DNA of 64,000 bases from an uncultured Ferruginibacter sp. (GTDB lineage Bacteria; Bacteroidota; Bacteroidia; Chitinophagales; Chitinophagaceae). Positions 56,763-64,000 of the stretch are shown here, piece after piece. The notes under the pieces were generated by a model, which did not search any database, was not told the origin of the DNA, and saw only the letters and a list, made by a program, of their open reading frames with translations. The DNA lies in NCBI GenBank assembly GCA_964645235.1, contig CAZYAT010000009.1, forward strand, positions 9,374 to 73,373, in the 5' to 3' direction. Numbering within the stretch: the stretch's first letter is position 1; every line of letters begins with the position of its first letter. Position numbers and translations under genes: made by a program.

Positions 56763-57710
56763 TTAAGAATAGATGCGGAATACCAACATCGAAAGCATAC
56801 CGGCAAGCATGACGAATTTGATGGCAATGCTCAGCCGGTGATAATCGGCTGCTGCTTCAGCAGCCCGCAGCCTGAAGATGATCCATATTAACGGGGCAAT
56901 GACCAGCAAAATGGAATAGGCAGCACTGATCCACCAGCCGAACTGCAACACATATACCTGCACTACACAAATGATGCTGATAAGCACGACCAGCCACACA
57001 GCCACGAACATCTTACTGGCGGGAATGCCCCAAACAATCGGCATGGTCTTACAATCATAACGTGCATCGCCTTCCATGTCTTCCATATCCTTTACCACTT
57101 CCCGGATCAGGGAAATGATGAACGCAAAACCGGCATACAATATTGAGATGCGGATGAACCTGTGGGCGTATACCTCGTAATACAGGGGGTCGCAGCTGGC
57201 ACAGAACATGGTACGGTAATAACAAAGGAATGTCACAATGACCACCCAGGCTGTCAGGGCAGACGTAACGATATTCCCGATCAACAATTTCTTCTTCAGG
57301 CTGATCGAATAACCAAACAACAACAGTACACAGGCCAGGTTGGATATACCAAGCCAGAACGTACTGGTAGTATAATCAATATAGATGCTGATCAATACCC
57401 CCGCAAGGGAGATAAGGATGTGCTGAACAATGGCCCATCGCCTTTTAATGGCCTTGTCGATCACCGTTCTGTCGGGCTTATTGACCTTATCAATGTTCAG
57501 GTCGAAATAGTCGTTGATGATATATCCGGCTGCAGCGATCAATACAGAGGCCACGATCAGCAGCAGGAAATGCCTTTTGTCGAAATGAAAAGAGATGCCT
57601 TTTAGATAAAGCGGCTGTACCAGTGAATAATAGAATAATAACTGCGTAATGGCTATAAAGGCCAGGTTTTGCCAACGTACCAGTCTGAAAAAAGCAGCAA
57701 TTAATTTCAT
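56763..57710 (-). CDS. UbiA-family prenyltransferase (DGGGP-synthase-like)
   Basis: AGYIINDYFDLNIDKVNKPDR, REVVKDMEDMEGD; multiple TM helices. Start MKLIAAFF. Confidence 0.88.
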   Translation of the reverse strand: MKLIAAFFRLVRWQNLAFIAITQLLFYYSLVQPLYLKGISFHFDKRHFLLLIVASVLIAAAGYIINDYFDLNIDKVNKPDRTVIDKAIKRRWAIVQHILISLAGVLISIYIDYTTSTFWLGISNLACVLLLFGYSISLKKKLLIGNIVTSALTAWVVIVTFLCYYRTMFCASCDPLYYEVYAHRFIRISILYAGFAFIISLIREVVKDMEDMEGDARYDCKTMPIVWGIPASKMFVAVWLVVLISIICVVQVYVLQFGWWISAAYSILLVIAPLIWIIFRLRAAEAAADYHRLSIAIKFVMLAGMLSMLVFRIYS

Positions 57711-57758
57711 GAAACGAATTAGCAACGAAAATAAGCATTGAAAAACTAACCAGTCGGC

Positions 57759-58280
57759 CTACTTTGAGGCAACGGTCGCATCCAGGTCCCAGTGGCCATT
57801 CAGCTTGAGTACTTTTTCGATAACGTCCCGGGCACATCCCCTACCACCTTCAAACGGTGAAATATATTGACAGATCTGCTTGATCTCCGGAACTGCATCG
57901 GCCGGGCAGCATGGTAACCCGGTGAGCTGCATGGATATATAGTCAGGTATATCGTCACCCATGAATAAAACCTCGTCCCATTTAAGCTGGTACTGGGTAA
58001 CGTATTCAATGAGTCTCTCTCTCTTGTTATCAACTTTCAAAAAACAATCGGTAACGCCCAGCTTATTCAGCCGCATCTCCACTGCTTCGGATGTTCCTCC
58101 GGAGATGACCACTACCCGGTACCCCTTTTTCACGGCCAGTTGCAACGCATACCCGTCTTTGATGTTCATCGTCCGCGCCATCTGGCCATCGTTCAATACA
58201 AGCAAGCTGCCGTCGGTAAGCACTCCATCCACATCAAACACAAAGGTCTTAATGGCTTTAAATTTTCCTAGAACGTTCAT
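57759..58280 (-). CDS. KdsC-family HAD phosphatase
   Basis: FVFDVDGVLTDG, KDGYA, MGDDIPD, GGRGCARDVIE. Start MNVLGK. Confidence 0.9.
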   Translation of the reverse strand: MNVLGKFKAIKTFVFDVDGVLTDGSLLVLNDGQMARTMNIKDGYALQLAVKKGYRVVVISGGTSEAVEMRLNKLGVTDCFLKVDNKRERLIEYVTQYQLKWDEVLFMGDDIPDYISMQLTGLPCCPADAVPEIKQICQYISPFEGGRGCARDVIEKVLKLNGHWDLDATVASK

Positions 58281-58312
58281 GAATTTGCTGATTTGATGAT
58301 TTGATGATTCGG
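58281..58312. repeat. Octamer array
   Basis: GAATTTGC-TGATTTGA-TGATTTGA-TGATTCGG; a related array lies at 58614-58645. Confidence 0.65.
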
Positions 58313-58370
58313 AAATGATGGAAGATCCCTCCATGCCCATCGGCTCATCCCTCATTCCATGAGCGTCGTA

Positions 58371-58607
58371 TCATTTCTGATTATCCCTCCACTCATACAC
58401 CCATGAGCTCTGTATCATTTCCAGGTGTCCTTCGTTACTTTCATCTGCCTTACCGGCAAAATTGGGTATTTCCATCACCCATTTATGGAGGTCAGTGAAC
58501 CGGATGCGATATATCTGGCTTTCGCCAAAGGCATCACCAAACCGTTCGTACAGTTTCATAGCTATATCTTCATAATCGTTCCAGTGAATGGGGGGTTCAA
58601 ACGTCAT
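58371..58607 (-). CDS. iscX: Fe-S cluster assembly protein IscX
   Basis: HWNDYEDIAMKLYE, IRFTDLHKWV, LEMIQSSW; start MTFEPP. Confidence 0.9.
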   Translation of the reverse strand: MTFEPPIHWNDYEDIAMKLYERFGDAFGESQIYRIRFTDLHKWVMEIPNFAGKADESNEGHLEMIQSSWVYEWRDNQK

Positions 58608-58716
58608 ACTATTTGATTTGCGATGTTGATGATTTACTGATGTGTCTTTGCTGATCAAAAACCGGATCTGTCGCCAGCCGGTTCATCGGCACAATATCAA
58701 ATCATCTAATTTAGAA

Positions 58717-59052
58717 TTATTCTCCGAGGAATTGTGTCTGGTCAGGCAAAGTAACCGAAATTTCGCCGTTTCCTTCCAGCAACAGGCATTGGCAGCCCAA
58801 TCTGGAATTCAGGCGTGGGTTAACAGCCCTGTCGACGAAATCCTCTTCCCGGTCGCTTAGTTCTTCCAGGAATTGCTCTCCTTTGTCAACATACAGGTGG
58901 CAGGTACTGCAGGCGCAAACACCACCGCAATTGTGATGCAGTTCAATGTCGTTCTTAAGGGCTACTTCTAGTATGGATTGGGCGGGTTCAATGCCGGTAA
59001 GGGTAATGGGTTCCAGTCCTTTCTGTTCAAACTTGAATGTAATGCTGTACAT
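58717..59052 (-). CDS. fdx: ISC/adrenodoxin-type [2Fe-2S] ferredoxin
   Basis: HNCGGVCACSTCH ... SRLGCQ; start MYSITF. Confidence 0.92.
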   Translation of the reverse strand: MYSITFKFEQKGLEPITLTGIEPAQSILEVALKNDIELHHNCGGVCACSTCHLYVDKGEQFLEELSDREEDFVDRAVNPRLNSRLGCQCLLLEGNGEISVTLPDQTQFLGE

Positions 59053-59072
59053 AATCCGCAAATTTCGGGGTG

Positions 59073-59080
59073 CAAACCTA
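59073..59080 (-). promoter_or_regulatory. sigma-A -7 box of fdx-iscX
   Basis: Minus-strand TAGGTTTG. Confidence 0.65.
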
Positions 59081-59188
59081 CTTCAATATTACTAAATGAG
59101 GAAAATATGTCCTGGTTCGCCTGCCGTTTTGTGAGTTTGTAAAATAAAAAAGGTTTACTATTTTACTACCTTAACTTTCACAAGTTCC

Positions 59189-59836
59189 ATGATGAATAAA
59201 AACCGTTTGCTGGCATATGTACCCCTGGCACTTTCTGTATGTGCTTTCCTTTTCTCCTGTAAGAGTAAAGCGAAAAATGAATCCGATAAACCGGCCAAAG
59301 ACACCCTGATCGTTCCGGTAAAGCGAACTGAAAAAGAAGCGCAGAAAGAACGCCCCCCGATCATCAATATCATCGACACGCTGTCGCCCAAGCGAATCAT
59401 CATCTATAGCAGGGATAGTGCAAAAACCTATGAGCGCATCGGTATGAAGCTCGCAAAGAACTATGGCTCCAGGCTGGCCGAAACCATTAAAAAGAATAAT
59501 CTCAAGATGACCGGAGCACCGATCGCATGGTACAAGACCACGAAAGCTCCTTTCTTCTTTGAAGCCGGCTTACAGGTGAATAAAGTACCTGCCAAACCTG
59601 CCAAAGGTGTGCAGGTGAGGGAACTGGCAGGTGGCAATGTGGTGGTGGCACATTTTTTCGGCCCATATAACCTGATGACGCAAGGTTATGATGCCATCAA
59701 AGAATGGATAAAAGTGAATAAGAAAGTACAAGCAGGCGCCCCATTTGAGATCTATATTACCGATCCGATCGATAAGAACGGTAAACCACTTGATCCATAT
59801 AAAGTCCAGACAGATATCGTTTTCCCGGTGAAATAG
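59189..59836 (+). CDS. GyrI-like small-molecule-binding lipoprotein
   Basis: Lipobox LFSC; AHFFGPY, PFEIYITDP, TDIVFPV. Confidence 0.8.
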   Translation: MMNKNRLLAYVPLALSVCAFLFSCKSKAKNESDKPAKDTLIVPVKRTEKEAQKERPPIINIIDTLSPKRIIIYSRDSAKTYERIGMKLAKNYGSRLAETIKKNNLKMTGAPIAWYKTTKAPFFFEAGLQVNKVPAKPAKGVQVRELAGGNVVVAHFFGPYNLMTQGYDAIKEWIKVNKKVQAGAPFEIYITDPIDKNGKPLDPYKVQTDIVFPVK

Positions 59837-59837
59837 A

Positions 59838-60596
59838 TCATTTCCCTTTCATAATGCTGTCGGTGAGCTTAAGATATATGTATTTGAGGCGGGGGTAATT
59901 AGCCAGTTGGCGTAAATGCTTGTCCAAAGTAAATACATCGTTCCGGATGGCAGGGCCTGTCTGCACCTCTGCCGGCGAACGATGCTCGATCCTTACCGCT
60001 GTTTCCTTGATAAGAGGAGCCAGTAATTTGAAATCCACGTTCTCTTTTTCACAGAACTCTTCCGCCAGGGCATACAGGTGATTGGTAAAATTGCTTACCA
60101 CCACAGCTGCAACATGCAGCTTCAGCCGGTCCTCATCGGTGGCTTTGGCAACCTTGCCTGAAAGTGTCTTTGTAAAATCTTCGAGCAACGTAATGGTCTC
60201 TTCCGAATTACCATCTACCAGGAAAGGGATATCGTCTTCATAACTCATTTCCTTACGAAGGCTTTGCAAGGGGTAGATCACACCGTAATTTGTGGATATC
60301 TCCCTCAGAACATCCTTGGAGACCGACCCGGCCGTATGGACAATGAGTTTATTACCGATGTAAAAGGATTTATTCAACTCGTACAGGGCGCTGTCGCTGA
60401 CGGCAACCAGGTAAAGGTCGGCGCTCCGGTCAACCGTATCGCTGCTGCCTGAATACACACAGCTGAGCTCATCGGCAAGCAGTTTGGCATGATCCATATC
60501 CCGGCTGAGTACCTGGATCACTTCGTGGCCTTTCTTTTTAATAAGACGTCCCATCACGGAGGCCACATTACCCGAACCGATGATTACAACCCTCAT
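59838..60596 (-). CDS. Rossmann-like / DUF2520 domain protein
   Basis: IIGSGNVA, VHTAGSV, YPLQSL, LHVAAVVVSNFTNHL, QTGPA. Confidence 0.92.
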   Translation of the reverse strand: MRVVIIGSGNVASVMGRLIKKKGHEVIQVLSRDMDHAKLLADELSCVYSGSSDTVDRSADLYLVAVSDSALYELNKSFYIGNKLIVHTAGSVSKDVLREISTNYGVIYPLQSLRKEMSYEDDIPFLVDGNSEETITLLEDFTKTLSGKVAKATDEDRLKLHVAAVVVSNFTNHLYALAEEFCEKENVDFKLLAPLIKETAVRIEHRSPAEVQTGPAIRNDVFTLDKHLRQLANYPRLKYIYLKLTDSIMKGK

Positions 60597-60600
60597 ATCC

Positions 60601-60608
60601 TATCTTTG
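60601..60608 (+). promoter_or_regulatory. sigma-A -7 box of hydrolase (very short leader)
   Basis: TATCTTTG 7 nt before the ATG at 60616. Confidence 0.6.
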
Positions 60609-60615
60609 GTTTTGA

Positions 60616-61455
60616 ATGAAACTCATACAAAGATTAGCCATTGGCTATATACGAACCAAATTTAAATTGTTGGCTTTCGTTTCGAAACGTAAGACTGCTG
60701 AAGGGGCTTTCCGGCTCTTTTGCACACCGTTGGTACGCTCAGTGAACAAGACCCGGTTACAAGGTGCAGAACCCATAAGTTTCACATTCGACGGCCTCCG
60801 CATACATGGTTACCGGTGGAACCATCCACAACAAAAAAAGATATTGATACTCCATGGATTCAATTCAGCTGCGCACAAATTTGCCGATTATGGGCTGGCA
60901 CTTGCGGCTAAGGGATACGAGGTCCTTGCTTTCGATGCGCCCGCCCATGGTAAGAGTGAGGGCAAAACCACCAATGCGGTTGAATGCAGCAGGATGGTCC
61001 GCCTGATAGTGGAAGAGTTTGGCCCGATCGATGGGTTCATAGCCCATTCCTTTGGAGCAATCGCACTCAGCCTTGCACTGGAAGAGACGGCGCACGACAG
61101 CAACATGAAGGCCGTACTCATCGCCCCGGCCACCGAAACCACTTCGGCGGTCAACAGTGCATTCGAATTACTGAAGTTGCATGACGAGGCTGTTCAACAG
61201 GAGTTCCATAATATAATATATGAGAAGAGCGGAAAGCAGGCCGAATGGTTTTCTATTCGCCGTGCGATGTGGAATATAAAGGCCAGGGTACTTTGGGTAC
61301 ATGATGAAGACGACGGGATAACCCCATGGATTGATGCCGAAAAAGTAAAGCAAGACAACCATCCGCATATCCGTTTCGTTATTACAAAAGGGCTGGGACA
61401 CCAGAAAATTTATCGCGACGATACAATAAAAAAGGAAGTGATCGGGTTCTTATAA
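60616..61455 (+). CDS. Alpha/beta hydrolase
   Basis: ILHGF, nucleophile AHSFG, VHDEDD, GLGH. Confidence 0.9.
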   Translation: MKLIQRLAIGYIRTKFKLLAFVSKRKTAEGAFRLFCTPLVRSVNKTRLQGAEPISFTFDGLRIHGYRWNHPQQKKILILHGFNSAAHKFADYGLALAAKGYEVLAFDAPAHGKSEGKTTNAVECSRMVRLIVEEFGPIDGFIAHSFGAIALSLALEETAHDSNMKAVLIAPATETTSAVNSAFELLKLHDEAVQQEFHNIIYEKSGKQAEWFSIRRAMWNIKARVLWVHDEDDGITPWIDAEKVKQDNHPHIRFVITKGLGHQKIYRDDTIKKEVIGFL

Positions 61456-61644
61456 GTCGTTAAAAATAGAGCGGATCTGCCACGAAATATTTTGATTTTT
61501 CAATTTTGACCTAATATTGCAAAAAAACCTGCCGCTGCTTTACTGTAGAACGGCCAGTATTTTACAACGGCAATCAACCGTGATCCGTAACTGCTGAAAC
61601 GCTTTACCGGCGCAGGTTTAAAACCGAAATACCGTAAGCTGAAT

Positions 61645-64000
61645 ATGGCTAAAAACCTGTTAATCGTGGAGTCGCCGGCAAAAGCCAAAACCATCGAATC
61701 CATCCTTGGAAAAGACTTTACCGTGAAGAGCTGCTTCGGGCACATCCGTGACCTGGAGAAGAACGACATGGGCATCGATCTGAAAAATAATTTCAAACCT
61801 ACCTATATCGTTCCTGCTGAAAAGCAAAAAGTAGTGAACGAATTAAGATCCCTTGCTAAAAAAAGTGAAACTGTCTGGCTCGCATCGGATGAGGACCGTG
61901 AAGGAGAAAGCATCAGCTGGCACCTGGCCGAAGTGCTGGGATTGGATCCCAAAACAACCAAACGGATCGTCTTCCATGAGATCACCAAACCTGCCATACA
62001 GAGTGCAGTACAGAACCCCCGCACCATCGATATGAACCTGGTGAATGCCCAACAGGCCCGCCGCATCCTTGACCGTATCGTGGGCTTTGAATTAAGCCCT
62101 GTTTTATGGAGAAAAGTAGGTGCCACCGGGGGGCTCAGTGCAGGAAGGGTGCAAAGCGTAGCTGTTAAACTGATCGTGGAGAAAGAAAGGGAGATCAATC
62201 AATTTGTACCGGTAGGCAGTTTCAAACTGGAAGCTACTTTATCGGCAACCGATCTGAACAAACGGGCAGTGTCCTTCAAAGCAGAAGGAAATAAATTCGA
62301 TAAAGAAGAGGATGCCGATCGGTTCCTGCAGAGTTGTGTTGGTGCCAGGTATACCGTTAAAGACATACAGGTTCGCCCGGGCAAACGTACTCCGGCAGCA
62401 CCATTCACCACTTCTACCCTGCAACAGGAAGCAAGCCGGAAACTCGGTTATGGCGTAAGCAAAACGATGTTGCTTGCACAACGCCTCTATGAAAGCGGTA
62501 AGATCACCTATATGCGTACCGACAGTGTGAACCTTAGTGCAACAGCCATGGATGCGATCACTTCAGAGATCCGAAGCAGTTATGGAGACCATTATGTACA
62601 GGTAAGGAAATACAAGAACAAAAATGAAAGTGCACAGGAAGCACACGAAGCGATACGACCTACCTATATGGAGAACAAATCCGTAGGCGACCCGGAATTG
62701 AACCGTTTGTATGAACTGATCTGGAAGCGCACCATCGCCTCACAGATGGCGGATGCCGAACTGGAAAAGACTACTGCCAAAATAAACATCAGCACCAATA
62801 ACGAAGAGCTTACCGCGAGCGGTGAAGTATTGAAATTCGATGGTTTCTTAAAAGTGTACCTGGAAGGCACCGACGACGATGACAATGAAAGCGGCGATGA
62901 GAGCCGCCTGCCCGACCTCACGGTGGGACAATCACTCGATTTCATCAGCATGACTGCCACCGAGCGTTTTACCAAGCATGCTGCACGCTATACCGAAGCC
63001 TCACTGGTTAAGAAACTGGAAGAGTTGGGAATCGGCCGCCCAAGCACCTATGCGCCTACCATATCCACCATTATCAAGCGTAATTATGTAGAGAAGAAAG
63101 ATAAGGAACCTGTAAGAAGGGATTTCCGTATCCTTCGCTTAAAAAACGACCTGGTGAGTAAAGTGGTAGAACAGGAAAATACCGGCGCCGAAAAATCAAA
63201 ACTCTTCCCTACCGATCTTGGTATTGTTGTAACCGATTTCCTTAACCAGTATTTCGAACAGGTGATGGACTATTCGTTCACTGCCGAGATCGAAAAAGAA
63301 TTCGATGAGATCGCCGATGGCAACATGAAGTGGAACCAGATGGTGGGTAATTTCTATGCCCCTTTCCACGACGGGGTTGAACATACCCTCGAAAATGCAG
63401 AAAGGGCCGTAGGGGAAAGAACACTCGGTACCGATCCGGAAAGCGGTAGGCCTGTCACTGCCCGCATGGGACGTTACGGCCCGATGGTGCAGATCGGCCT
63501 TTCGGACGATGAAGAAAAACCCCGTTTCGCCAAGATCAAGCCAACTCAAAGTATTGAGACGATCAGCCTCGAAGAAGCACTTGAATTATTCAAGCTGGGT
63601 GCTCCACTGGGTGAATACGAAGGCCTCGAAGTGACTGTGAACATCGGCCGCTATGGCCCGTATGTAAAATGGGGCGACCAGTATATTTCTGTTCCCCGCG
63701 GCGAGGAACCTACGGAGATCGACATGGAAAGGGCTGTTGAGATCATCGAAGCCAAGAAAGTTGAAGATGCGCCGATCGGTTACTACGATGAAAAACCCAT
63801 TACCAAGGGTAAAGGTCGCTTCGGCCCCTTTATCAAATGGAATGACATGTTCATCAATGTCTCCAGGGCTTACAATTTCGATCTCCTTACACAAAAGGAC
63901 TGTGATGAACTGATAGTTAAAAAACTGGAGAAGGAAGCCAACCGATACATCAAACAATGGCCCGAGGAAAAGATATCCATCGAAAATGCCCGGTGGGGAC
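61645..64000 (+). CDS. topA: DNA topoisomerase I, 3' truncated by window edge
   Basis: Manual translation MAKNLLIVESPAKAKTI, FGHIRDL, SDEDREGE, SAGRVQS, ITYMRTDS; absent from the ORF track, presumably because it has no stop in the window. Confidence 0.97.
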   Translation, partial: MAKNLLIVESPAKAKTIESILGKDFTVKSCFGHIRDLEKNDMGIDLKNNFKPTYIVPAEKQKVVNELRSLAKKSETVWLASDEDREGESISWHLAEVLGLDPKTTKRIVFHEITKPAIQSAVQNPRTIDMNLVNAQQARRILDRIVGFELSPVLWRKVGATGGLSAGRVQSVAVKLIVEKEREINQFVPVGSFKLEATLSATDLNKRAVSFKAEGNKFDKEEDADRFLQSCVGARYTVKDIQVRPGKRTPAAPFTTSTLQQEASRKLGYGVSKTMLLAQRLYESGKITYMRTDSVNLSATAMDAITSEIRSSYGDHYVQVRKYKNKNESAQEAHEAIRPTYMENKSVGDPELNRLYELIWKRTIASQMADAELEKTTAKINISTNNEELTASGEVLKFDGFLKVYLEGTDDDDNESGDESRLPDLTVGQSLDFISMTATERFTKHAARYTEASLVKKLEELGIGRPSTYAPTISTIIKRNYVEKKDKEPVRRDFRILRLKNDLVSKVVEQENTGAEKSKLFPTDLGIVVTDFLNQYFEQVMDYSFTAEIEKEFDEIADGNMKWNQMVGNFYAPFHDGVEHTLENAERAVGERTLGTDPESGRPVTARMGRYGPMVQIGLSDDEEKPRFAKIKPTQSIETISLEEALELFKLGAPLGEYEGLEVTVNIGRYGPYVKWGDQYISVPRGEEPTEIDMERAVEIIEAKKVEDAPIGYYDEKPITKGKGRFGPFIKWNDMFINVSRAYNFDLLTQKDCDELIVKKLEKEANRYIKQWPEEKISIENARWG

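Noticed and set aside
1-64000. CRISPR arrays, tRNA/rRNA, IS elements, prophage or defence islands
   Set aside because: None seen by eye: no spaced 25-40-bp repeats, no transposase or integrase ORFs, no obvious composition shift. A covariance-model search (tRNAscan-SE, Infernal/Rfam) was not run and could still find small RNAs.

Overview
64 kb of gene-dense, mostly housekeeping chromosome from a Bacteroidota bacterium, probably Chitinophagaceae-like. The phylum call is an inference from TAnnTTTG sigma-A promoters, AT-rich start contexts and GLPGLI, BT_3928, DUF2851 and GldM-like genes. I call 65 CDS, including dnaG, ribH, pdhA, pdhB, recF, a DciA/DUF721 gene, a UbiD-family gene, thiolase, folP, ndk, arginase, glgB/glgC/glgA, lipA, maf, iscX, fdx and topA (truncated at the right edge). 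I saw no rRNA, tRNA, CRISPR array, integrase or transposase. The best candidate for an undescribed system is at 5.9-11.7 kb: two exported DUF4331 proteins, a small secreted protein, a HupE/UreJ-type membrane protein and an inverted TPR lipoprotein. Three of its transcription units share an AWCCAA-N14-CGTA ECF-type promoter motif, and His-bearing predicted mature N-termini suggest metal (Ni/Cu) handling. Secondary signals are an outer-membrane barrel + GLPGLI pair inside the glycogen cluster, a stand-alone GldM C-terminal-like protein, LytTR-type 21-bp-period repeats, an fdx-iscX pair, and recurrent 7-8 bp periodic intergenic arrays. All family assignments come from motif recognition by eye; no database search was run.
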